Assembly (NCBI GenBank): GCA_045538895.1
Contig: JAZQEH010000089.1
Span: forward strand, 253-64,252
Direction of reading: 5' to 3'
Source of the DNA: Eubacteriales bacterium
GTDB taxonomy: Bacteria; Bacillota; Clostridia; Oscillospirales; CAG-272
Length of the DNA stretch: 64,000 bases
The translations under genes and the position numbers were made by a program. Positions 36,261-45,815 of the stretch are shown in pieces (the stretch's first letter is position 1; every line of letters begins with the position of its first letter). The notes beneath the pieces were generated by a model. It worked only from the letters and a program-made list of their open reading frames with translations. It was not told the DNA's origin and made no database searches.

Positions 36261-36740
36261 ATGGATGAAGCAAAAAAGGCTTGTGCCTTGAAGGCATACG
36301 ATGCATTTTGTGCATATTTTAAAAGCAAGGATTGGACATATGAAGAGGTTGAAAAAACCGATGAAAAAATAACGCTTTATCTCCCTATGGGCGGTGAAGA
36401 TATTCCGATGAAGATTTTTGTTGTTATCGACGTTAATCTTCAGCTCGTAAGAATTATGTCACCCATGCCGTTCAAGTTCCCTGAGGATAAGCGTGTTGAC
36501 GGTGCGATTGTAACATGTATTGCAACAAGTTCGATTGTAAACGGTGCGTTTGACTATGATATTTCCGACGGCTCTGTTGCGTTCAGAATGACAAACGTAA
36601 TCAGGGATAGCGTCCTTGGTGAGGAAACCATTAATTATATCATCGGTTGCACATGCGTTACCGTTGACGAGTATAATGACAAGTTCCTCGCAGTAAGCAA
36701 AGGCATGATGAGCATTGAAAAGTTTATTGAAGAAAACTAA
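36261..36740 (+). CDS. YbjN / type III secretion chaperone-like protein 2
   Basis: GEDIPM...FPEDKR...NGAFDYDISDGSVAFR...VDEYNDKF. Confidence 0.7.
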   Translation: MDEAKKACALKAYDAFCAYFKSKDWTYEEVEKTDEKITLYLPMGGEDIPMKIFVVIDVNLQLVRIMSPMPFKFPEDKRVDGAIVTCIATSSIVNGAFDYDISDGSVAFRMTNVIRDSVLGEETINYIIGCTCVTVDEYNDKFLAVSKGMMSIEKFIEEN

Positions 36741-36796
36741 AATTTCCAAAGCCCCGATACCGTCGGGGCTTGTAATACTATAAAGGAGGGTTCGCT

Positions 36797-37078
36797 TTGA
36801 CAACGGAAGCAAAGGATATTCTGCTTGATAAAATGACCGAGAATTTGCCGGTGCTGCGTAAGAAACTGAAGTTTTCGCAGGAATCTTTGGCAAACTTTAT
36901 CGGCAGCAGCCGTTATACGGTAATGCTTATTGAAAACAAAAAAAGGCGAATGACCTGGAACACCTTTTTATCTCTCGTTCTCTTGTTTGACAAAAACGAG
37001 GAAACGTCGCTTTTGCTGAAGGCATTGGATATTTATACCGATGAGCTTGACGGCATGCTGAAAAACAAAGCAGAATAA
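36797..37078 (+). CDS. XRE-family HTH regulator
   Basis: LRKKLKFSQESLANFIGSSRYTVMLIENKKR; AGGAGG RBS, TTG start. Confidence 0.85.
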   Translation: MTTEAKDILLDKMTENLPVLRKKLKFSQESLANFIGSSRYTVMLIENKKRRMTWNTFLSLVLLFDKNEETSLLLKALDIYTDELDGMLKNKAE

Positions 37079-37101
37079 AAAACCAAGCGGAAAGGGAAAA
37101 A

Positions 37102-39765
37102 ATGAAGAAACTATTCGCGCTATTAATAACACTAACGGTTGTTGTTACGGCGGTGTTCTGCATGGTGCTTAATGCATCGGCAGAGTCACTGTATATAAGA
37201 AAGGTCGTTTCGGTCGTATATGATGACTCAACCAGTATGGATGAGGAGTGGCCATATGCAAACTATGCTATGCAGGCGTTTTGCGGAATGCTGAATGAAG
37301 AAGATCAGCTCTACATTACGTATATGTCAAGTGCAGAGAGCAGTTCAAGGTATCAGCCCGAAAGCGTTGTTTTGTCGGCATCCGGAATTCAGGAGTCTGT
37401 GGATTCGATAAGGAAGCATCAGGATAGCGGGTCGACACCTTTTGAAGCGGTGGAGCTTGCACATAAGCAGCTGCTTAATGTGCAAGATACAAATCCTAAT
37501 ACGCAGTATTGGCTTGTTGTACTGACTGACGGTGTGTTCAATGAGTATCAGTACACGAATCTTACAATCGAAGATATTGAAGAAGACCTGACCGAAAAGT
37601 TCAATACGCTTTCGGACAGCGTCATGGCAAACGGTACGCATCCGCAGATAACGTTTTTGGCTATAGGTGAGAACGTTGTTTCGCCCGAAAGCAACAACGA
37701 CAAAGGGATTTACACCTATACTGCCGAAACAGCACTTGATATTATAGATACAATGTCAAGTATGGCGGACCGTATTTCGGGCAGAACCCGTCTTGATAAA
37801 AAAGCCGTAAAGCAGGTTGATTCAAAAACCGTTCGTGTTTCGTCATCAATGCCGCTTCTGAATATTGCGGTATTTGCACAGAAGTCGGGTGCAAAGATAG
37901 TAAGTGCAAAGTATGAGGGTGAAAATGATATACCGATTGGCAGAGAGGCGTATCTCTCTTTCGGAGCGTTTTACCCGGAACTTCAGGCAAGTGCATATCT
38001 GATAGGTGATTCGCAACGCAATATCGGTGCAGGCACGTACGAAATCAAGTTTGACAAGGACGTAAAACTTGACGATATTGTGGTACTGTTTGAGCCTGCT
38101 CTTGAAATGAGAATGACCGTTACGGTTAACGGTAAGGAAATTGAGGATCTCGACGAGCTTGACGAGGTTATGGAGGGCGATGTTATCGCTCTTTCCTGCA
38201 AGATCTACGAAATGGGAACCGATAATGAGATTTCTCCCTCGCTTATGCCGAGTGGCACCACTTTCGAGATTATCGTAAAGGAAAACGGCGAGACTGTGCA
38301 GCAGGTTACGGGAAAGGAAATGGTGCTTGAGGGACACGAGGTAAAACATGTGCTCACCGAGATAATTGCTTCGGTAGTTATCGAGGGCTTCAATCCCATT
38401 GATTATTCAAAGGAGTTCACTCCGCATGAGTATGTTCCCGTATATACGCTTGCCGCAAGCTATGGCGGTACAGGAACAAAGAGTATCAGAATCAGCGACC
38501 TTGCTGCAAACACCGATATGACTGTTTGCTTTGCGGTGTTCAAGGACGGAATCCCGATTAACAGCAAGGCAGAGCTTGAGGCACTTGATGCTACAGTGAC
38601 CCTCGACCTTGACGGTAATGACGGTACCGTTACATATACCGATAATTCTATTGTGTTTACTCCCAAGACGGCAATGATTCCCGGCGGAGTGGGCGAGGAC
38701 GGCGCATATGATGTAAATGTCACTTGTTCCATAATGACCGAGAGAGGCGAGGTTAAAACCTCTGCTCTTTACACGGTACTGTCTGCCGATTTCGCGGTAA
38801 ACGCTCTGGGTGTTACGGACAGCATCGTTAAAACCGAGTTCTACGGCAATAAGATCGGTGCATCGTTCCAGATCACCAAGGACGGTACTCCTCTTCCGAA
38901 GAGCAAGGTGGAAAACCAGATTTCGGCAAGCGTTAACGAGGAGTATGCGGCAGTTATGCTTGATGTTTCGGTTGCTGATGACGGCACAATAACTATTGTA
39001 CCGTACGTTGAAACAGAGCATGTAATTACATTTTGCAAGTGGTTTTGCAACTGGTACTACTACTTCGGTCTTCCCGATGGGGACATCACCGTTACGCTTA
39101 ATCATAAATACGGCAGTGCAAGCACGGTAATAGACGTTGTTGAGGCTTCGCTTTCATACCGCTTGCTCAACGTATGGCTGCCGCTTATTACATGCATTGT
39201 ACTTGCAATTCTGATAACCGCATATATTGTACGTATGATTACAAAACCGCGTTTTGCAAAGGGCGGTGTGCTTTATGTGGGAGATATTACCAAAATGTCA
39301 AAGGGCGGTCACTCTTTGTATATTGCAGAGCATGAAATTGCAAAATACAATTCGTTTTTGAATCCCGAAAACGATAACAGGCTTCACACCTTCTTGTGTC
39401 TTATCAATCCGTTTAAGGATTTCTCGGCTTCTGTAGGAGGCGTTGAGATAACTGCAGCAAAGGGCGATCAGCTTAAATGTACTAACGGATTCCCGTGGTA
39501 CGTTGGCAGTGTAAAGCCGGCAAAGAGTGTAAAATTCAAGTTGTCCTCTACAAAGGAAATAGCGGATTACTGTATGGAAAAAGACGCATTGCCGATTGAT
39601 GAAATCAGACCTACCTGTGTTTCCGACGAGCAGAATCAGTTTATTTCGCAGGATGATTCGCTCTTCTATTTTGTAAATGCAGATGTGTCAACCCCCAAGG
39701 CCGGTTCAGGACAGAGAGAAGTTATAGAATCGGCTAACGCATTCTGTTATTCAGTAAAAATGTAA
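37102..39765 (+). CDS. Membrane-anchored von Willebrand factor A domain protein
   Basis: Signal peptide; MIDAS YDDSTSM, GSTPF, LVVLTDG; Ig-like beta-rich stalk; TM helix WLPLITCIVLAILITAYIV; C-terminal cytoplasmic domain. Confidence 0.8.
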   Translation: MKKLFALLITLTVVVTAVFCMVLNASAESLYIRKVVSVVYDDSTSMDEEWPYANYAMQAFCGMLNEEDQLYITYMSSAESSSRYQPESVVLSASGIQESVDSIRKHQDSGSTPFEAVELAHKQLLNVQDTNPNTQYWLVVLTDGVFNEYQYTNLTIEDIEEDLTEKFNTLSDSVMANGTHPQITFLAIGENVVSPESNNDKGIYTYTAETALDIIDTMSSMADRISGRTRLDKKAVKQVDSKTVRVSSSMPLLNIAVFAQKSGAKIVSAKYEGENDIPIGREAYLSFGAFYPELQASAYLIGDSQRNIGAGTYEIKFDKDVKLDDIVVLFEPALEMRMTVTVNGKEIEDLDELDEVMEGDVIALSCKIYEMGTDNEISPSLMPSGTTFEIIVKENGETVQQVTGKEMVLEGHEVKHVLTEIIASVVIEGFNPIDYSKEFTPHEYVPVYTLAASYGGTGTKSIRISDLAANTDMTVCFAVFKDGIPINSKAELEALDATVTLDLDGNDGTVTYTDNSIVFTPKTAMIPGGVGEDGAYDVNVTCSIMTERGEVKTSALYTVLSADFAVNALGVTDSIVKTEFYGNKIGASFQITKDGTPLPKSKVENQISASVNEEYAAVMLDVSVADDGTITIVPYVETEHVITFCKWFCNWYYYFGLPDGDITVTLNHKYGSASTVIDVVEASLSYRLLNVWLPLITCIVLAILITAYIVRMITKPRFAKGGVLYVGDITKMSKGGHSLYIAEHEIAKYNSFLNPENDNRLHTFLCLINPFKDFSASVGGVEITAAKGDQLKCTNGFPWYVGSVKPAKSVKFKLSSTKEIADYCMEKDALPIDEIRPTCVSDEQNQFISQDDSLFYFVNADVSTPKAGSGQREVIESANAFCYSVKM

Positions 39766-39798
39766 AATTTAAATATAATATTACCGGAGGTAGTAAAA

Positions 39799-42700
39799 AT
39801 GGCACAAACCTTACTTTTAGGTCTTGGCGGCACAGGTAGCCGTATCGTTAATTATGTGGCTTCGGATTTGAACAAGAAGCGTATTCCTATTAATGACGGA
39901 AACATTTGCTGTGCGGTTCTCGACACCAATGACAACGACAGAGATAAGCTCGTAGACGGCGGCTCGGTAATCCCTGTTATTGCAACGAGCAAGGACAGAA
40001 AAATAGCCGACTACATAAAGCTTTACAATAACCGCGGTGTGCGTGAATGGATGCCCGAATCCCCCTCGCTCCTCAAGGAGAATATGAAGGACGGTGCATC
40101 TCAGATGCGTGTCAAGTCCCGTCTTGCGTTTCTGGATACAGCCGAAACCAAAGAGAGCATCCATGAGCTTGAGGTTGCTATAAACGAGCTTTTCAATTAC
40201 CGTGACGGTAAGGAAATCCGTGTAATGCTTGTTTCCTCTCTTGCAGGCGGTACCGGTGCAGGTATGTTTATTCAGACTGCACTCTGGCTCAGAAAGTTTT
40301 TTGACAAGAAGAAATGCCCCATTACCATAAGAGGTATTCTGGTTCTCCCCGATGTTTTCATCGACACGCTCGACGACATCCGCAACGATGAAAACGAAAC
40401 CCAGAGTCTTTATGCAAATGCATATGCCGCAATCCGTGAGCTTAATGCAATTACCAAGATCAAGACCAAGGGTATGAAGACGTTCCTCCCTGTAACTATT
40501 GACAATCTGTTCGACAGCGAGAAGGACGTTTCCGACGGTCAGCCTGTATTTGACTTTGCGTTCTTTGTTGACAATATTACAGAGGGCGGCTCCGGTCTTA
40601 AAGAACTTGAGCAGTATGAGCGTGTGATTTCACGTCTGGTTTACATGCAGCTTTACGCTCCCATGCACGATGACCTTTATTCAGAAGAGGACAATCTTTT
40701 CAAGCGTTATGAAAAGAGTCCCGAGCCTCTGTTCGGCTCTTGCGGTACTGCAAAGGCAAAGTATCCTACAGAGGATATTCTCCGCTACTGTGCACTCCGT
40801 GCTTCGCAGGACGCTCTTTCCAACGGTTGGAGAAAGCTTGACGATGAGATCCTTGCAAAGCAGAAGCGTGAGGAAGAACGTGAAAAGAATGGCACTGTTA
40901 TTACCGAGCGTATCAACCCGAGATATGAGTATGTACGTCTTTTCGATGCAAAGGCTGCACTCACCGGCAAGGAGGTTGGCAACGACCGTCTGTTTACCAA
41001 GATAGGTAAGGATGTCAAGAACGAATCCCGCGACGAAAATCTTGACGGAAAGATTGAAGTTTCATATACAGATAAGGTTGAAGACTTCATGACTCTTGTT
41101 GATGAGGCTGTTGAAAAGGCTGTTGATAATGCCGACTCCGGTAACCTTGCAGACTTCCGCCTTGCAAAGTCATGGCTTGACAGAACCACCGATACCCGTG
41201 CAACCCTGCTTAACACTGTTAACAGCAAGGAAAGAGCTATTACTCAGGCACTTGAAGATATTGATAAGGCTACCGAAACGCTTGCAGAAGACGTTCTTGA
41301 CCTTATTTTCCCCGCAGATATGGGTGATATCAATCAGGATAACGCTGCATCTGTTTACGGTTTGTTCACAAAGAAGAACAGTGATGACCAGACAGTTTTC
41401 ATTCATCCCGTAGCGGCAAGATACCTGATTTACAAGCTCAGCACCGAATTCAGCTCCCTCAAGGACGATATCCTTCTCGATAAGCCGCGTACTGCTGCTG
41501 AAAAGGGATACGGAGAGGGCAAGCCGAAGATTAAATTTGACAATCCCGCAACAGGAAAGACCGAGGATTCTCCCAAGGCGTTCCTTGAGAGCAACGGCTT
41601 CCTCCAGAACGAAAAGAAGTTCATTAAGATTTTCAAGAACCTTTATTATCAGCATATAACCGGTCAGGCAGAGCTTTGCAGAAGCTACGCTATTCTTGCG
41701 GTTAAGTACAGACTGGCTGTTTTGTTTGGTCAGCGTCTTAAGGCACTTATTGACGGTGTAGAAGACTTCTTCAAGAAGCTTCCCAAGGTTTCCAATACTC
41801 TTGCAAAGGCTATCGGTGAGAACGTTGAGAAGAATGAAACTCTTGAGCATAAGGTTATCTACGTTTGTGCGACCGAAAAAGAAAAGGAAGCACTTTACAA
41901 GTCAATCGGTCTTGATACTGCCGGCAGCGAGGCGGGCATTAACGGTGTTGTTGTAAAGGCGCTTTACGGTCAGTTCTGCGCAAGCGAAAGACCGGATGCA
42001 GAGAATAATAAGGATTATGTTGGCAAGAGCCTTGAAAACGCTTTCTACCGTGATGTAATTGCAACCTATACAGATATTCTCAAAAAGCGTCATAAGGATG
42101 ACATTGATCTTGATATCTATTCGGCTATCTGCAAGTGCAGCGATATTGAATACGAGGCAAAGCAGCAGGCTATTAAGGATAACGAATCGGACAATCCGTT
42201 CCTCGATGTTGACACCGAAACTGACGAATCCAATGATACTGCGGCAACCCAGAGAAGATATCTGCTTGCTATGGAAGCAATGAAGAAGCGACTCATGGAT
42301 ACTGCGGCGCCCTTCCTTGTTACAAGCGAGGAGTTTCCTGATGATGAGGATGAGGACGAGCATCTTTCCTCTGACGTTGTTGATGAAGAGCCTGAAGACT
42401 TTATTCCTACAAGAAAGCGCAAGACATTCTGGGGCTTCAATCCCGTTGTGGCACAGAATTGTTCGGCACTCGGCACAATTCTCGGCATAAACGTTGCTCA
42501 GCAACAGAATATTGCTTATTCCAAGAATGAACTTGACTGTTACCGTGCGGTATACGGTATTGCGGCACAGTACGTTGATAAGTTCAACGAGCTTAAGGAT
42601 GGCGAATACTATGCCAGCTACTGCAACGTTGTAAAGGATATGGTTAAGGAGGTTGGCGACGGTCACGAAGAGGCTCTCGTTCACACTCCCCATCTTGATA

Positions 42701-43434
42701 AGACATGGCACCTCTACCTGCCTTATATCACCCCTGAAAAGCAGGCTGATGAGGATAAGAAGTTCTACCGTTATTTCTGGTTCGCTATTGCTTACGGTTT
42801 GATTACCGTTAACAAGTATGGCAATTTCCAGATGCTCCGTACAAAGCATAATGCTCACGGAGAGTTCCTCAAGAACGAAACTATCAAGTATGACGGCAAG
42901 CCCATTGGCAGAGCAGATTTTGATTTGCTTCTCACCGCACTTAAGATTGACGGCGAGTTCATGGCATACGGCAAGCGTCTTGAGGGCAGATTCTTAAAGG
43001 AATGTGCAAACATCGGCAGCGGTTCTAACTATGAGGATACCGAACTTCTCCGCGGACACAAGGCTTCTGCGGTTGAGGAATATGACGAAAACGGCGAGCT
43101 TATCGTTGCTGAGGATAAGAAGGCGGATAAGCTGCACGTCGGCGGTCTCGGTTCCTCGGATGAGCTTAATGCAGTTTCAATTATTGTAAGATATCACAAC
43201 TCCCCCAAGCCTAAGGATGATATCGAAGCAGCACTTGTTAAATCTCTTGAAAATCTGTTCATCGAGCTTGTCGGACATAAGTTCGGCGACACGGACGAAG
43301 AAAAGGCAAAGGCAAGAACAAAGGGCTACATGCTTTGCAAGAGAGTTTACGATTCGAGCGACCGCAAGGATAAGGACATTGAACTTATCAGACATTGGAA
43401 GGACGCAAAGAGTAATAACATTTACGAAGGCTGA
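39799..43434 (+). CDS. Large FtsZ/tubulin-like GTPase (Tubulin_2 / FtsZl1-type) with long helical C-terminus
   Basis: LLLGLGGTGSRIV, VLDTN, GASQMRVKSRLA, SSLAGGTGAG tubulin signature, ANAYAAIREL. Confidence 0.88.
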   Translation: MAQTLLLGLGGTGSRIVNYVASDLNKKRIPINDGNICCAVLDTNDNDRDKLVDGGSVIPVIATSKDRKIADYIKLYNNRGVREWMPESPSLLKENMKDGASQMRVKSRLAFLDTAETKESIHELEVAINELFNYRDGKEIRVMLVSSLAGGTGAGMFIQTALWLRKFFDKKKCPITIRGILVLPDVFIDTLDDIRNDENETQSLYANAYAAIRELNAITKIKTKGMKTFLPVTIDNLFDSEKDVSDGQPVFDFAFFVDNITEGGSGLKELEQYERVISRLVYMQLYAPMHDDLYSEEDNLFKRYEKSPEPLFGSCGTAKAKYPTEDILRYCALRASQDALSNGWRKLDDEILAKQKREEEREKNGTVITERINPRYEYVRLFDAKAALTGKEVGNDRLFTKIGKDVKNESRDENLDGKIEVSYTDKVEDFMTLVDEAVEKAVDNADSGNLADFRLAKSWLDRTTDTRATLLNTVNSKERAITQALEDIDKATETLAEDVLDLIFPADMGDINQDNAASVYGLFTKKNSDDQTVFIHPVAARYLIYKLSTEFSSLKDDILLDKPRTAAEKGYGEGKPKIKFDNPATGKTEDSPKAFLESNGFLQNEKKFIKIFKNLYYQHITGQAELCRSYAILAVKYRLAVLFGQRLKALIDGVEDFFKKLPKVSNTLAKAIGENVEKNETLEHKVIYVCATEKEKEALYKSIGLDTAGSEAGINGVVVKALYGQFCASERPDAENNKDYVGKSLENAFYRDVIATYTDILKKRHKDDIDLDIYSAICKCSDIEYEAKQQAIKDNESDNPFLDVDTETDESNDTAATQRRYLLAMEAMKKRLMDTAAPFLVTSEEFPDDEDEDEHLSSDVVDEEPEDFIPTRKRKTFWGFNPVVAQNCSALGTILGINVAQQQNIAYSKNELDCYRAVYGIAAQYVDKFNELKDGEYYASYCNVVKDMVKEVGDGHEEALVHTPHLDKTWHLYLPYITPEKQADEDKKFYRYFWFAIAYGLITVNKYGNFQMLRTKHNAHGEFLKNETIKYDGKPIGRADFDLLLTALKIDGEFMAYGKRLEGRFLKECANIGSGSNYEDTELLRGHKASAVEEYDENGELIVAEDKKADKLHVGGLGSSDELNAVSIIVRYHNSPKPKDDIEAALVKSLENLFIELVGHKFGDTDEEKAKARTKGYMLCKRVYDSSDRKDKDIELIRHWKDAKSNNIYEG

Positions 43435-43583
43435 TTTAAACCTGCAGGTTTGCGAGGGGCGGCAACGCCCCTCTGCAGACGGCAGACTGTTGGTAGGGGA
43501 AAGCGTGAAAAACAGCAAGAATATGATTAAACTACGGGTTGTTGCACGTTGCAATGCCGCTTTGCGGCAGAATGGAGATTAAA

Positions 43584-45815
43584 ATGCATACCTTTTTCAT
43601 AAATACTTCAGGAAAAAAGTTGGATAATTATGAGAATCTTCTCGAAATTGAGCATGAAATGCGCCAACTGGTTTCTCTCGACTGCCCTATCAAGGACTGG
43701 AACTCGGATGCGGGATATGAAAGCTGTGCCCGCCGAATGGGTGAATTGATTGACAGCTATAAGAACATCAATAACAGTTTTAATCTGTTGATCTATGTAG
43801 ATCTTGTTTCGTTCAAAGAGTATGTGTCAATACCGCTTGAAGAAAACAGAGACAGATTTGCATTTTTGAAAGTGGCAAAGACTTTTATAAAGCAGTTTTT
43901 TATTTGCACACTTATAAGGGAGCTTGAGGAAAGCGGAAGACGCCCTGAGCAGACTTTGATTATTTTTGAAGAAAACAGCGTACCTACAGACGGAGATGAC
44001 ACTACTCCTGACGGTATCGAGCGCAGGAATAAATACGCAAAGGAATTTTTGGGTTTCCCTGAAGATGAAAAGTTCAATAGCTTTGTTCTGAATCTTATTA
44101 AAGAGAACCCGAATGTTACTGCAGACGAGTTTTTGGAAAAATCCAATGATTTGTTTGTACCCGAAACCGTAAAGGGAGTTCTTGGAATATATAAATCGCA
44201 AATTGACAGTTTTTTGCGCACAATGGCAAGTTACGATTCTGTTGATACACCGCTTGCCCAGATGTTCGGTGAAATATTCAAAGAAAAGCATGATAATAAC
44301 AGCACAACATCGGATATTTCATTTGTAACCAACCGCAGAGCAGGCAGCAACAACAAGTGTGAGCGTGTAAAGCGTGATTTAAGACTCAGCTTTTTTATTG
44401 CGGATTGTATTGAAAACGGAATCGGAAAAAGAATTGGCAAGGCATTTCCCACACTTGATTGGGGAAAGGTTTGTGCGCATTTACATAGAAAGAAAAAGGA
44501 ATACGGAGCTGCGTACCGTGAAGTCAGCAATGTAGCGGGACTTTATCACAAACTTGGTATGGCGCCTGAGCTTGATGCCTTTAACAATGAAAAATTTGAG
44601 CTTGACGAGTTTGGAAACAAGGGCGTTGAGCTTGACATGGTGGACGTAGAGCCCACAGAGGAAGAAAAGAAGAAGGTTGATGAAGGCGCACCTGTAAAAT
44701 CAACGGTTAAAAAGGCAGTTGTTACATCCGAGATGGATCATGGCAATCTGCTTTCCGATGCAAATTACGTACCTTTTGACTATGACGGAAAGCGTGGCTA
44801 CACAGCGGCACTTACAGATAATCCCACAGAAGAGGAGTATTATTCTGCAGCAAAGGCTCTTCGTAAGCATCATATTGATTATTTGAAGCGTTTGCAGTCA
44901 AGCGTTGCGGATGTGCTTGCAAGATATGCGGGACGCTCGCTTGAAAACGAAGAGGCAATGCTTAAGCGTCGCAAGGTGAGCGTTGCTTATGACGAGATCG
45001 ATGATGAGGGTGTAGCAGTAAACTACGCTAAAGACGAAAAAGAAACCGCAACTCTCAATAACATCAAGACAAAGGCGAAAAAGGCATATGAAACTGTGCA
45101 GATGGAGTATCTGCGTTTCGTTGCGGGCAGATCGGTTGCTGTTACGGATATAGAGGAACAGTGCAACTGGTTTGTTACAAGAGTAGCACAGATAACCGAG
45201 AGTCTTAAGCGTATCCGTGCGGTTGCATTAGGTATGCTTATAGCAATGATCGTGCTGTATATACCGTATCTGGTTGTTCAATGGGAGGCAATCACCAAAA
45301 ACCTGCTTACCATGCTTACAGCGGCTGCATCATTTGCTATCCCCACGGTACTTTTGTACATCGTGTTTACATTTGTATCGCTCAATCAGCGAAAAGAGTA
45401 TCGCAAGGAATGGGATAAATACGTTAAAAAGTCGGACGAGGTTATTGCAGAGAATGCAGAGGCGGTTAAACAATATGACCGATTGCTTTCGTTCTACGCG
45501 CCTGCACTCCGTTTCGTATATGAATACAAGCTTGACGTTGAGTTTTACGAGTCCTGCTGCATGATGGCAAGTGCAAAGCTTGGTCACCACCGCAAATGGC
45601 TCTATGACCGCATGGAGCTTGTTGGCAATATTATCGAGGATATGGAGTGCGACGAGGCAGAGTTCGGCGAGGCGGCTGCGAGCAGTAAAACTCCTGCCCC
45701 AGGTAAGATAAAATATGTATATTCGTTCTGCGGTTGCCGTGAGAACCGTGAGTTCTATTCGGTTATTGATACAGAATTGCTTGAAAATATTGAAAAGGAG
45801 GATGGAAAGCGATGA
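43584..45815 (+). CDS. Hypothetical membrane protein (two C-terminal TM helices flanked by helical segments)
   Basis: VALGMLIAMIVLYIPYLVV and LLTMLTAAASFAIPTVLLYIVFTFV; ATGA overlap with the next gene; GGAG RBS before MHTFF. Confidence 0.7.
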   Translation: MHTFFINTSGKKLDNYENLLEIEHEMRQLVSLDCPIKDWNSDAGYESCARRMGELIDSYKNINNSFNLLIYVDLVSFKEYVSIPLEENRDRFAFLKVAKTFIKQFFICTLIRELEESGRRPEQTLIIFEENSVPTDGDDTTPDGIERRNKYAKEFLGFPEDEKFNSFVLNLIKENPNVTADEFLEKSNDLFVPETVKGVLGIYKSQIDSFLRTMASYDSVDTPLAQMFGEIFKEKHDNNSTTSDISFVTNRRAGSNNKCERVKRDLRLSFFIADCIENGIGKRIGKAFPTLDWGKVCAHLHRKKKEYGAAYREVSNVAGLYHKLGMAPELDAFNNEKFELDEFGNKGVELDMVDVEPTEEEKKKVDEGAPVKSTVKKAVVTSEMDHGNLLSDANYVPFDYDGKRGYTAALTDNPTEEEYYSAAKALRKHHIDYLKRLQSSVADVLARYAGRSLENEEAMLKRRKVSVAYDEIDDEGVAVNYAKDEKETATLNNIKTKAKKAYETVQMEYLRFVAGRSVAVTDIEEQCNWFVTRVAQITESLKRIRAVALGMLIAMIVLYIPYLVVQWEAITKNLLTMLTAAASFAIPTVLLYIVFTFVSLNQRKEYRKEWDKYVKKSDEVIAENAEAVKQYDRLLSFYAPALRFVYEYKLDVEFYESCCMMASAKLGHHRKWLYDRMELVGNIIEDMECDEAEFGEAAASSKTPAPGKIKYVYSFCGCRENREFYSVIDTELLENIEKEDGKR

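Noticed and set aside
39799-43434. Cell-division ftsZ or plasmid tubZ
   Set aside because: 1211 aa long, no dcw or tubR context, and motifs are of the Tubulin_2 type
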